A stretch of 64,000 nt of DNA. Origin: Candidatus Thorarchaeota archaeon. Its GTDB lineage: Archaea > Asgardarchaeota > Thorarchaeia > Thorarchaeales > Thorarchaeaceae. Positions 51,901-60,682 of the stretch are shown here, in pieces; within the stretch, counting starts at the first letter, position 1; each line of letters starts with the position of its first letter. The notes under the pieces were generated by a model. That model had not been told where the DNA came from and searched no databases. It saw only the letters and a program-made list of their open reading frames with translations. The translations under genes and the position numbers were made by a program. The stretch covers positions 32,001 through 96,000 of the forward strand of contig DXJO01000007.1 of NCBI GenBank assembly GCA_019057475.1. The letters are read 5' to 3'.

Positions 51901-52116
51901 TGAAGGCAGTAGCTCTTTCTCAAACTCAAGCAGCGCTCTTGCTTGAGCCTCGTCTGCCAACGACGTGTTAGGTCCCTTAAAGAGCTCCATGCACAACATC
52001 GAACCGATGATTGGACCAGAAGCATCCGCTGTAATTGGCGTTGATGATGCTAACACAATGGGAGGCGCCAGCAATGAAGCAACTACGAGCGCAAGGACAG
52101 CGTAATGTCTAAACAT
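48943..52116 (-). CDS. Membrane-anchored S8 subtilase
   Basis: Signal peptide; IDTG, GHGSHVAS, AAGN, GTSMAAPHVAG; C-terminal TM followed by RLRRR. Confidence 0.92.
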   Translation of the reverse strand: MFRHYAVLALVVASLLAPPIVLASSTPITADASGPIIGSMLCMELFKGPNTSLADEAQARALLEFEKELLPSEIEIAEGMGVVFDRRGSSIVNVGRIYSAYVPSVDALTALDSLGLVKATSGSKKFIPALSTSVPAVNAPEVWNNIKEDGNSINGSGITVAVIDTGAEWRHPSFWRQNTSELTVIQQGADFYVDLDNDTIADPKEGPIASVVSQDLTAFAYSENYMYIDVDDDGVFQYNLGDLWIGGVDANHDNVISLPTEKVVVFGESKISIFYDQPNNAVYVRGVNLTTQGPSVSDYHGHGSHVASTIAGGQPGFTSLVGVAPGADLIIVKSDLESSDILDGIHFAVMNDADIINMSFSSYLGFLDGTDIEDLAVSEALMINGTLSTLAAGNLRGLSKHAGFEVTAGGSSDVNLSVFNPPQHGFVSLLWHSSDRDEHVILTPPGSGDSIDLGAFSDLAGSALPLNAPNISAYVFADVSTRGLNRLIIQLSTENHEWDSGTWTISVSNPSGESIWVDGYAWDNRWDGLNLRFSSHVDDMRTISSPGTADLGVTVAAYSEASHSISTSSSMGPRIDGVSKPEVAAPGVNIKAASRSITSLWIGKSGTSMAAPHVAGVLALIRQAAQSDTGWLSMTALLEGAGGEEDHKSPSLTDWGYGLCDSLWSVRHVLDLSFETGMTAADWVGLTEVIDDSVDNALNASLDILSVKAYQEADQLGLAVTMRGIPDFASSNTLTLKWDTDSNSSTGQSGVDLMVNVTAGAAHAYGWLGSSFLPSALAADWWSDASTVFLLVERSDSTTRGTIAISTHNQSLSPADVTDPADLMNQWRPLVDGVTITPSDIGYSFNVAISDRDDPTSSLSIQWSVVTGSLSVIDSGLGSGINSLNIQVGLEILEANDLLSVLLVVNDSEESFTMPIVALSAGLGYVLRFASAVLDQNTVRVGLLIQDYVTGTIVLEGYHLVDRVYIGFRSQQGLWLNFTLSGSQGEYVFDISASGFMVGDYDVYAVAKGLDGDVIEHQLGTLSVIEDNSMVLLLLPIVGLVVIVAVIYQIRLRRRGG

Positions 52117-52259
52117 CGATCAACCTCAATGACGGTTGTTCTCTTCGTTTCCCGTGCCGACCTGATATGCTTTTGCCTGACCGTAGATGACTGTATGTTT
52201 AGTGACATTGCGCACGCTCACCACAAAATCCAATACCATGAACTGTAACAATTCCCCAA

Positions 52260-54296
52260 GTGTGTACTGTGTTGCAGAAGGAGGTTCAACCTGAGTTCAG
52301 ACATTTTCTCAATGATGATGCCATACCGTGGGGCAATCTTATCAAAGCAGCCAGCAAACGCACAAAGAAGGATATTGGCCCTTTCGAAGCCTTCACTGAT
52401 GCAGCCATTGAGTTGGCATCAAAGGAGAGCATGAAAGAGAAATCAAACCCATCGATTATTCGGATGGGGGTAGAAGCGGGGCTCCTACGAGGGCGTCTGG
52501 CGGAGTGTCTGTTCATATCCGATGGTTCTAATGACCCGGACATCCTAAGCCTCAGAGCGATCTGCCTTTTTGTACTCTCTGATACCAAGGAAATCATAGA
52601 AGCTCTCAAGATAATGGAATCAATAATCGGGGCTGAGTCACCCCCAAGCCACCATGTAAAGCTCAGCACTGTCAAAATACTCTTGGCTGCCGCAGAAAGA
52701 GACACGAGTGTTATCACATGCATCATGGAGTTTGACAACCTGCTTGAAGCCCATCCCGAACAGGTCGAGAATCCCACCATAGAAACCATGTTCGCTCTCT
52801 ATGTAGTGGGGTTTTTGCTTAGAGAAGTAGGCCAGCTCGACAGAGCGGCACACATTGTTGATACCTTGGAAGAGATGGCACGATCCAGGAATCACAGAAT
52901 GATACTCGCACTGGTAGAGAATCTTAGAGGCAATATCTGCAGCTTCCGCGGAGAGTTCGATCGGGCAAAGGAGCATTACCTTCGCTTCCAGAGTGCAAGT
53001 GCTAAGCTGTCGTTTAGCCTCGGACATGCGATGGCTCTCAACAATCTTGGTAACTTGATGCTTAGCATGCTGAAACTTGAGGAGGCCTTCGATTATCTTG
53101 ATGGTGCCCTTGACCTGATGCAAGTAGAGTATGGCAAAATAATGCCACTGACGAATCTTGGTGAGCTTTCGATTATTATGGGCAGATATGAGGAAGCCGA
53201 AAAATATCTCACCCAAGCAATCCGCATAGATGAGAAAGTGAAACGAGGGGTATTGGAACCCTACACGTGGTATGCAGTACTCCTGACCAAGACCTCCCGA
53301 TATCCAGAAGCAAGGAAGTACTTGAAGAAAGCGATGGCTATGGCAAAAAGTTCTGAGAAGCCGCTTGAGCAAGGCGCATACCTGTATGCAATGGGCGTCT
53401 ATGACACATCACAACACAAGTTTGAGGCTGCCATCAAGCACTTCGAAAAAGCACTCCGAACAGCAAAAGAGAACAACATCCTCGAACTGCTTGTCCATGC
53501 AAAGCCCCAGCTTGCCAGGATGTATGTAGAATCGCACAGCGTTACACAGGACCCTGAGGACATAATAAGTGCGGCCTATCATATCGGCGACCTCATCCAA
53601 ATCTCGAAGGAACAGGGACTCCAAGATTTGTACGCAGAAGCGCTTCTGCTCCGCAGTGATATAATGAAACTTGCTGGAAAGAAGCTTGAAGCCAAAGGGG
53701 ATCTTGAGCGCGCGATGAGCGTTGCATCCTTCACTGGAAACTCTAGACTAGAAGAGAAGGTAGGCGTCAGACTCAAAGAAATCACTGCACCGGAAGCACA
53801 AGCGATGGAGATGGACCGCGAAGGATTCTCCAAAGCAATTGACCGCGTGTCTGCGTTCAAGTCTGCAGGAAGTCCGAAAAAAGTGCCCACTCCAACAGTG
53901 AGTGCCCTGATTGCAATAGATCGTATCTCTGGTTTGCCAGAGTACGTATACTATTTCGACACCAAGGTTCAGGTTGACAGCTCACTCGTCAGTGGGTTTG
54001 TCACAGCGATATCCTCATTCACAAATGAGCTAATGGAAACCCAGGGGCTTCTAAGGTCAATCAACCACGAAGGCTTCGCGCTTATTATGGAGCATACGGA
54101 ATCCAGAACAGTCGCATTGGTAGCCAGCGAAGAAACCTTTGATATCCGGTACCTGCTTCGTGAGTTCAGTCAAAAGTTTGACGAAAAGTATCCAGCGCCC
54201 AAAGTGTCAAGGCGTATTGATTCAAAGGATTATAATAACGCTGATGACTTGGTTATGCAGATCTTCGCTGCTGCTATGGGAACACGGGAAACATAG
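52260..54296 (+). CDS. TPR-repeat protein with C-terminal longin-like domain
   Basis: TPRs (ALNNLGNL, LTNLGEL). C-terminal IDRISGLP...DSSLVSGFVTAISSFTNEL...F.QKF.EKY. Confidence 0.82.
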   Translation: MCTVLQKEVQPEFRHFLNDDAIPWGNLIKAASKRTKKDIGPFEAFTDAAIELASKESMKEKSNPSIIRMGVEAGLLRGRLAECLFISDGSNDPDILSLRAICLFVLSDTKEIIEALKIMESIIGAESPPSHHVKLSTVKILLAAAERDTSVITCIMEFDNLLEAHPEQVENPTIETMFALYVVGFLLREVGQLDRAAHIVDTLEEMARSRNHRMILALVENLRGNICSFRGEFDRAKEHYLRFQSASAKLSFSLGHAMALNNLGNLMLSMLKLEEAFDYLDGALDLMQVEYGKIMPLTNLGELSIIMGRYEEAEKYLTQAIRIDEKVKRGVLEPYTWYAVLLTKTSRYPEARKYLKKAMAMAKSSEKPLEQGAYLYAMGVYDTSQHKFEAAIKHFEKALRTAKENNILELLVHAKPQLARMYVESHSVTQDPEDIISAAYHIGDLIQISKEQGLQDLYAEALLLRSDIMKLAGKKLEAKGDLERAMSVASFTGNSRLEEKVGVRLKEITAPEAQAMEMDREGFSKAIDRVSAFKSAGSPKKVPTPTVSALIAIDRISGLPEYVYYFDTKVQVDSSLVSGFVTAISSFTNELMETQGLLRSINHEGFALIMEHTESRTVALVASEETFDIRYLLREFSQKFDEKYPAPKVSRRIDSKDYNNADDLVMQIFAAAMGTRET

Positions 54297-54357
54297 GCGC
54301 AGTCAGCTGCGCTTATATTGGTGCCAGATTTCAGGTTGGCGTACAAGGTAAGACTCG

Positions 54358-56022
54358 ATGACATCAGAGCAGGAAATTCTGGAGATACTCCAGATTGGAG
54401 AAACCCAGAACGCGGAATTCAAGCAACGCCTTACGAAGGCTGATCTCAAGCAGGATAGACGCCAGAAGCTGGTCACGCGAATAAGATACATGACTTGCGA
54501 CAGTCCATTCGAGGGCAGATTCCTACTTGGGATAGAGGACGTCAGTGGGAGAGAATGGAAGGTAAGCGGGCTGACTGAGTCCAAGCTAAAGACTGCTGAA
54601 AGGGTATTGCTAGAAATCTGTGAGGAGGCTGACGTCGAGATAATTGAAGAGGAGCGCATCGAAACCTCTCAGGGTCTAGTGGGAGTCTATCTCCTGAAAC
54701 GTACCGCCGCTCCCGAAGTGAAGGAAACGTGTTCTATCAATGTTGCTGGCAGAGTGAACTCAGGAAAATCCACACTCATTGGGGCTCTTGTTACAGGTCA
54801 CCCTGATAACGGCAGTGGGCGTGCACGGGCATTCCTCCTGAAACATCCCCAAGAGATAACGCGCGGCCAGACAGCTGATATCCATCTGGCCTTCATGGGA
54901 TTCTCCGAGGACGGCGAATGCATACATCTTGAGAACCCTCTAAGCAAGGAGGAATCCGCCAGAGTACTAGATCAATCGGCAAAAATACTGACATTCTTTG
55001 ATGCGCCTGGACACGAGGAATACAGCAAGACTATGATTAGAAGCATTTTGGGTGCTGATGCGCAGTACGGTTTGGTTCTCATACCGGTTCCAGAAGAATT
55101 CAAGCTAATTCGGAGTGAAGAGAACAAGACGGGAATCAGACGACTCGATGATATCACAAGAGAACATATGATCCTCATGGCCAGTCAAGAAGCTCCTTTG
55201 ATTATAGTGATGTCCAAGATGGACAAAGCAAAACCGGAAGAAGAGATGCTAGTTACCAAGGTCATACGAAGCACACTGAAGGAAATCGGAAGGATTCCTG
55301 TCAACATCACAGAACCGGGGGATATTCCACCCCTCGTAAAGGAATTAAGCCACGGCACGATTGTACCAGTTCTGCAGTTGGCAGCAACTGAGCATGAGTC
55401 CCTAGAGCTCTTTACCAAGCTCCTGAAGCATCTTCCCTCGAGTTCAAGGAATGGGGACGTGACAAAGCCAGCGTGGGCATATATTGACAAGGTGTACCGG
55501 GGAATCAGAGGCACAAACATTGTTGTCACTGGGACCGTCAACTCAGGCGTCTTCAAGAAAGGACAGTCTGTAATATTGGGCCCCATTGAAAATGGAAATT
55601 TCGTTAATGGGCGCCTCTTTTCAATTGAGATGTTCAAGAAACGAGTAAGAGCTCTAAGGTCCGGAGACCTGTTTGGTTTTGACATCAAGGATGTTGACAA
55701 GCACCTAGTTCGTCGAGGACAGGTTGTCGCTGATCCTGATGATACCATAGTGAGTTGTCGAGTCTTTGAAGCTAACATAGTTGTCACTAGACACCCGACA
55801 CGCATCACGGTGGGATATGCGCCGGTCTTTCAGTCCCACACCATTCAACACACTGTAATCCTTCGGGATATTTATGATGCGGACTATCTCTGTGTTGGAG
55901 ATTTCGCAAGGGTAAGATTAGAATTCATGTCACATCCTGAGGCAGTCCAAGTCGGGGACAAGATAGTGCTGAGGGAAGCTAACACCAGGGCCATAGGTAC
56001 AATCGTGGAAACGATCAGCTAG
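54358..56022 (+). CDS. GTPBP1/2-like translational GTPase with N-terminal AlbA_2-like domain
   Basis: GETQNAEFK, G1 GRVNSGKST, HPQEITRGQT, DAPGHEEY.KT, SKMD, followed by EF-Tu-like beta-barrels. Confidence 0.88.
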   Translation: MTSEQEILEILQIGETQNAEFKQRLTKADLKQDRRQKLVTRIRYMTCDSPFEGRFLLGIEDVSGREWKVSGLTESKLKTAERVLLEICEEADVEIIEEERIETSQGLVGVYLLKRTAAPEVKETCSINVAGRVNSGKSTLIGALVTGHPDNGSGRARAFLLKHPQEITRGQTADIHLAFMGFSEDGECIHLENPLSKEESARVLDQSAKILTFFDAPGHEEYSKTMIRSILGADAQYGLVLIPVPEEFKLIRSEENKTGIRRLDDITREHMILMASQEAPLIIVMSKMDKAKPEEEMLVTKVIRSTLKEIGRIPVNITEPGDIPPLVKELSHGTIVPVLQLAATEHESLELFTKLLKHLPSSSRNGDVTKPAWAYIDKVYRGIRGTNIVVTGTVNSGVFKKGQSVILGPIENGNFVNGRLFSIEMFKKRVRALRSGDLFGFDIKDVDKHLVRRGQVVADPDDTIVSCRVFEANIVVTRHPTRITVGYAPVFQSHTIQHTVILRDIYDADYLCVGDFARVRLEFMSHPEAVQVGDKIVLREANTRAIGTIVETIS

Positions 56023-57721
56023 AACGCCCATCGCTCCACATGAGACCCTCATGGTTAATTGGAAACACATCTTCACAGCGGAGGAAACCTCGGGATGAAA
56101 CGATACGTATAATCGGGTAGACGCCTAGTCCAGCTGCAACAGCAGCTATGAGGAGCTCCTTCCCCCAGATATGTGGCGCTGAAACAATCGCATAACTGCT
56201 CTCAGAAACCTCAAAGACAGTAGCCTCGAGCGCATGGACTGAAATCGTGGCCCTGACTGCCTTTGTTGCTCCGACAATGAGATAATCGTGTCTGAGGCCA
56301 AGATGATTGAAGTCAGGAACGAGCACGACACACCCCTTCTTCATCAGAGCCTCTAGTCGTTGGGGTGAGCCAATCAGTGTATTCGAGAGAACATCCAATC
56401 GACCTTCTGCGAGACGGTCCAGTACCGCATGCTCTCCCGATTTGATCTCCGTGTCCTTCAGCATTAGACTGGCCTCGAAGGTTGCTTCTCTCTCTGACGG
56501 GACACCCAATGTGCGTAGAGCCCATCGCAACACATCCTTTCCATGCATCACTATCCCAGTGGGCTTAGGAAGGAAGTCTTCGATATTCAACATGTAATGG
56601 ATTGACTCCAAGGGAAAAGCGCTGCTTGGTCTGATGGTAAGGAATTGGTCTTTATTCCCCTCAAGGTACTCAACCTCAAGCCACGTCGAGTCGTCCTTCT
56701 GGGAAGTTTTTGAGGTCTCCACAGTCAGCTGAATTCCAAGTGGAGTGGGATTACAAAGCACTCTTGGTGCCAAGTGAATGGCATCAAGAATATGACGGCG
56801 TGCAGCTAGCTTCCGGGGTTTGGCTAGTGTCTTGCAGAATCCATGTATAACGTGATAATGTTCGGTTCCCAAAGCAATCTCCAGATTTCCGTGAATGGTC
56901 TTCAGAGCCTCAATCAGGGGTGCCCCAGCGATTGGCCTGTTCAGTTCCTGAAGGAGCGATAGAACCCAAGAAAAGCCCTGATCGCTGTAGCTATCGGAGT
57001 GCTTCACGAGATGATTGACAAGAGGATGAAACGGCGTGTTTTTCGTGTTCTCTCTCCAGATCTTCAGCCATTGCTTTCTGGTTGCGCCCTTAAGCAGCGA
57101 AAAGGCGAGTGCATTCCCGATTGAACTGGAGAACGCTAGATCTGCATTGTCATTTCTTAAGAGAGTGAGGAATGCAGCACGCATCACTATGCCTTGAGCC
57201 CACTCCTCCTTGAGCGTTTTCTCGGCGAAGAAGATAGATCCGTCATCGGCGACCTGAAGACCAAAGCTTTGCAGCCCGGACCCAACGACCTCCTTCGTAA
57301 CGAAGATTGTAGGAAAATCAGGTTCAGTCTGTGCGAGCACGCGGGAAACCCTTCGGATGGCGCGAGAGAGCGCGGACCTGAGCTCTTCGGTAGCCTCCAT
57401 GCGTAGCTCTTCTTCTGTGGGTGGTATGGGTTTCTCGAACTTGCTCAGCAGGCGGGAGGTCTTGCGAATTCGAAAATACTGGGTTTCTTCCAAGTTTTCT
57501 GCGCCCAACATGACGCCAGCCTGGTTGAACATGTAGATTCTTACGCGATCAAGACTGACAACAGCGACCAGAAATGCAGTCCCCTTCAGCGATTTGAAGT
57601 GCTTTCGGATCGTTGATGCTTTTACGCGGAGAATCTCAACAGCTGCGGCTCCTGTGTCATGAAACTGCTTCTCGCCGAAGGAGGCTAATTCCTTCGGAAC
57701 TCCTCTGCTACGCTTCTGCAT
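56015..57721 (-). CDS. Hypothetical protein (568 aa)
   Basis: Long ORF with GGAGGGA-like RBS (GAGAGGGA). No motif recognised. Confidence 0.75.
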   Translation of the reverse strand: MQKRSRGVPKELASFGEKQFHDTGAAAVEILRVKASTIRKHFKSLKGTAFLVAVVSLDRVRIYMFNQAGVMLGAENLEETQYFRIRKTSRLLSKFEKPIPPTEEELRMEATEELRSALSRAIRRVSRVLAQTEPDFPTIFVTKEVVGSGLQSFGLQVADDGSIFFAEKTLKEEWAQGIVMRAAFLTLLRNDNADLAFSSSIGNALAFSLLKGATRKQWLKIWRENTKNTPFHPLVNHLVKHSDSYSDQGFSWVLSLLQELNRPIAGAPLIEALKTIHGNLEIALGTEHYHVIHGFCKTLAKPRKLAARRHILDAIHLAPRVLCNPTPLGIQLTVETSKTSQKDDSTWLEVEYLEGNKDQFLTIRPSSAFPLESIHYMLNIEDFLPKPTGIVMHGKDVLRWALRTLGVPSEREATFEASLMLKDTEIKSGEHAVLDRLAEGRLDVLSNTLIGSPQRLEALMKKGCVVLVPDFNHLGLRHDYLIVGATKAVRATISVHALEATVFEVSESSYAIVSAPHIWGKELLIAAVAAGLGVYPIIRIVSSRGFLRCEDVFPINHEGLMWSDGRSS

Positions 57722-57840
57722 CTGAGGTCCCTCTCAGGAGGTAGCTTGTTCTCACTCCGCATTAGATAAGGATGACTGCACTAATGCCCTATGCGACATG
57801 CTTAATTCATTTGAATTCCCAAGAATGGTTAGTGTAAAAG

Positions 57841-57996
57841 ATGCAGATGGATATTTCATTCCTCGCTATATGGTGGGGATTACCAATAGCGATACTTCTG
57901 GGCAGAGCTGGATTGGCCGCTTACAGGACAAAGAAGAAGAGACAAGAACTCCAGGAATTGGAAAGGAATACAACTCCATTCACAAGAAAGCTATAG
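57841..57996 (+). CDS. Small single-pass membrane protein (51 aa, not in ORF track)
   Basis: MQMDISFLAIWWGLPIAILLGRAGLAAYRTKKKRQELQELERNTTPFTRKL. Confidence 0.6.
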   Translation: MQMDISFLAIWWGLPIAILLGRAGLAAYRTKKKRQELQELERNTTPFTRKL

Positions 57997-58001
57997 GATG
58001 A

Positions 58002-58478
58002 TCAAGCAGCTTGACTCGCAGATTCATGCTTTTCGTACGTTGGCATCAAGATGTCCCTCGTACTTTTTGTGTTCATGACAACGTCAAGAACCTCTTCATC
58101 TCTCATAAGGATACATCCCAAGAACTCGTACGTGAATTTGTCCAATCGTATGTTTACGCCCCTACGCGGAACTTGTGTTAGCAGCAAGACAATCGAGAAA
58201 TCTCCACGTGGTAGCTGATTGAGAACACCTCGTTTCATATCTGGTTCTAGTTCTTTCTCGAGCTGACGGGTCATAACGCCGCGTTCGATGAAGTTGTAAC
58301 GAATGCGCTCAAAGTCTCCAGTCGAGCTCTTCTTTGGTCTGATGAAGGAGATTGAATACCCAAGACGCTTGAGTGAATTGTAACCTATCACGGTCCTGTA
58401 AAGCGGAGGGCTCAGTGGTTCGAGCTCCACCTTTCTAAGTTCCACAATTTCATCATTCCGTCGAACTTTCAAGTTCAC
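58002..58478 (-). CDS. Hypothetical protein (158 aa)
   Basis: ORF with GGAG RBS that fills the gap between neighbouring genes. Confidence 0.7.
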   Translation of the reverse strand: MNLKVRRNDEIVELRKVELEPLSPPLYRTVIGYNSLKRLGYSISFIRPKKSSTGDFERIRYNFIERGVMTRQLEKELEPDMKRGVLNQLPRGDFSIVLLLTQVPRRGVNIRLDKFTYEFLGCILMRDEEVLDVVMNTKSTRDILMPTYEKHESASQAA

Positions 58479-58550
58479 GTGTTCACGCTCCCGATATGCA
58501 CAGGTCCCGATGGATAGGGATTCAAAGTCCGAATAAAGCCTTCTGAGTAA

Positions 58551-59126
58551 TCAATCCGCGAAAGCGCCTTCTTTCTTAAGGATCTTCACCTTGACGGAGA
58601 GTCCGGGACCGTATCCGCCAAGCCCAGTCGACGATACAACCCGATGGCAAGGAACTATCGGGCCAAGTCTGTTGGTCGCCATTACATTGCCCACGAATCG
58701 TGCTGCGCCGGGGACTCCGGCGCGGCTCGCCAGCTCACCGTAAGATGCCGTACTCCCTCGCGGAATCTTGAGTGCAGCTTTCATTACAGACTTCTGTTTC
58801 GGCGTAAGTCCGGAAAGGTCAAGCTTGATTCCAGCGACCTTTGCACTCTCATTTCCTTCCGCCACGTCGTGCACAGCAGAGAGAACGCTAATGTGCTCCT
58901 TCAAGGTGCTTAACTCAAGCTCGTCCCCATCAACCGCCTTGATTGCATCCTCAGTGGTGTTTCGAGGAAGGCATGTGGAATAGAGGCCAGCTTCAGTGAA
59001 TACTCCCGCTGCGAACTTGCCGTTGCGTTCTAGAATGGCAACAACTCTTTTGGATACATCCCAATTGATTCGGGTTTCAAATTCCATTTGTTCCAAACTC
59101 CAGTACTTGCAGAGCTCAATTCTCAT
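58551..59126 (-). CDS. ogt: Methylated-DNA--protein-cysteine methyltransferase
   Basis: IPRG...SYGELA, AARFVG, PCHRV. Start uncertain. Confidence 0.92.
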   Translation of the reverse strand: MRIELCKYWSLEQMEFETRINWDVSKRVVAILERNGKFAAGVFTEAGLYSTCLPRNTTEDAIKAVDGDELELSTLKEHISVLSAVHDVAEGNESAKVAGIKLDLSGLTPKQKSVMKAALKIPRGSTASYGELASRAGVPGAARFVGNVMATNRLGPIVPCHRVVSSTGLGGYGPGLSVKVKILKKEGAFAD

Positions 59127-59219
59127 ATCAAGTGTTCACTCAGTTCAACCGAGGGAGATTCCGTTTACACAACGGCACGTTATAATCATGGTCTATCCGG
59201 CGGATTTCTCTGAGTTTCC

Positions 59220-60101
59220 TCATGTATGAGCCGAACACCTGCTAACCACAAAGGCAAGAATTGAACTCAATTCCGGGTCGCTCTTCTTTGCACCCATTAT
59301 GCGCCATCCGCCATCGGGATTCTGTGATGAAACTACTAGGCCCACTGCATTCTTGACTAGTTCCCGTTCTTTCTTAGTCCCTGGTAGACCAACTGAGAGC
59401 AGATCAACCATGTCACAGGTCAATTCATTCTTTACAGATGCTTTTAGACGTTGCAGAAGTGCGGCACGACCATCCTTGTACACTTTGTTGTTGGAGTTCA
59501 CACCAATCGCTTTCAGTGCTGGAAGGATGTTCCCTGTGCCTAACGGATCTGATATGTTCTGACCTTTGAAGTCCGGCCAGTGTCCATCTTCATGCTGGGA
59601 GTGTAGGAGAAAATCTCGGGCTCGCCTTAGCCGCTCCTCGTCACCATATCCAACAAGACAGAGTGCATCCAATGCCTTTCCAGTGAGCCATGTAATGCTC
59701 TTACCTACAGGATACCATTCTCTTCCTGTGGTTGTGCCCCACTTGTCCTCAATCATATCGTTGAGATTCAAGGTTTCTGCAAACCCTCCATCATTTTTCT
59801 GTCTGGCCACCAGAAACCCAATCATCTGCTGAATGATATCCCGGTGCGAGTCTTTGTACTTGTGAATCAAAAGCAGTATCTCAGCAGTTTCCTTGACTGA
59901 GCTGGGATTCCCAGATGCCATGTTGAATGGAACTCCTCCATCAGGATTGAGTATGTTCCCTAACTGATCAAGTGGTTCTTCCTGAAGCTGCGAGTCCATC
60001 TCATATCCAGCTGAAAGCAGTCGTAGCTTGTCAGCGATACTACCATTGTTCGAAATGAATTCCTGAAGATTGTAATGAAGCTCGATTCTTGATTTTGTCA
60101 A
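59220..60101 (-). CDS. Prenyltransferase/squalene-cyclase (QW) repeat protein
   Basis: Repeats NPDGG, QKNDGGF, QHEDGHW, QNPDGGW. Confidence 0.8.
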   Translation of the reverse strand: MTKSRIELHYNLQEFISNNGSIADKLRLLSAGYEMDSQLQEEPLDQLGNILNPDGGVPFNMASGNPSSVKETAEILLLIHKYKDSHRDIIQQMIGFLVARQKNDGGFAETLNLNDMIEDKWGTTTGREWYPVGKSITWLTGKALDALCLVGYGDEERLRRARDFLLHSQHEDGHWPDFKGQNISDPLGTGNILPALKAIGVNSNNKVYKDGRAALLQRLKASVKNELTCDMVDLLSVGLPGTKKERELVKNAVGLVVSSQNPDGGWRIMGAKKSDPELSSILAFVVSRCSAHT

Positions 60102-60237
60102 CCCTTTTCCTCCTAGTAAGGATAGAATTTAGTGGTGATACAACAATCACCACAGAATAAGGATACAATTCTGACAGTTCATCCCGTCATCGAGTACATA
60201 CTGTATTCTTGCTAACTTAAAGCTTGCTCGCGGCAAT

Positions 60238-60498
60238 TCAGTCTTCAGAACTGAAATGCTCCAAGATGGCCTTTCGGCGCTCACGGCGCTCGTCTTCGGA
60301 CATCTCGTCCCCTGACTTGGCTTCTTCCTCTACAACGACTATCTTCTCGCGGGGGGAGTGTTTGATGCGATACTCAACCTTGTACGAGGGGGGCTTTCGG
60401 ACCACTCGCTCATGGCCGCATTCCCTGCACTTCAGGATTGTCTTTTTTCCCTCTTTCTTCGGCAGCATAAGTGCGCCACATTTCTCACAGAACTGCAC
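60238..60498 (-). CDS. TFS/RpoM-like protein with only the N-terminal zinc ribbon
   Basis: MQFCEKCGALMLP...LKCRECG. No C-terminal ribbon or acidic hairpin. Confidence 0.8.
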   Translation of the reverse strand: MQFCEKCGALMLPKKEGKKTILKCRECGHERVVRKPPSYKVEYRIKHSPREKIVVVEEEAKSGDEMSEDERRERRKAILEHFSSED

Positions 60499-60682
60499 GG
60501 CTTCTACTCCTACATTTTATAGGTTCTCGTGCTCGCAGCGGTTCGCAATTTAAGTTTGACGTTTTGCTGAAAATGGGAAAAAACCGTGTTGTTGGGGGCA
60601 ATGGGTGTCTAAAGAAACACTTATGAAAGAGGTCCGCACGCCCGTGGCCTGCAGCCACCCGTGAGATAGGACAGAACAGGTC

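Noticed and set aside
57798-58001. Listed 67-aa ORF
   Set aside because: The overlapping frame 57841-57996 is far more protein-like.
60632-60672. Hairpin upstream of DUF1015-serC as a riboswitch
   Set aside because: No match to a consensus I recognise, and the likely TSS would fall inside it.
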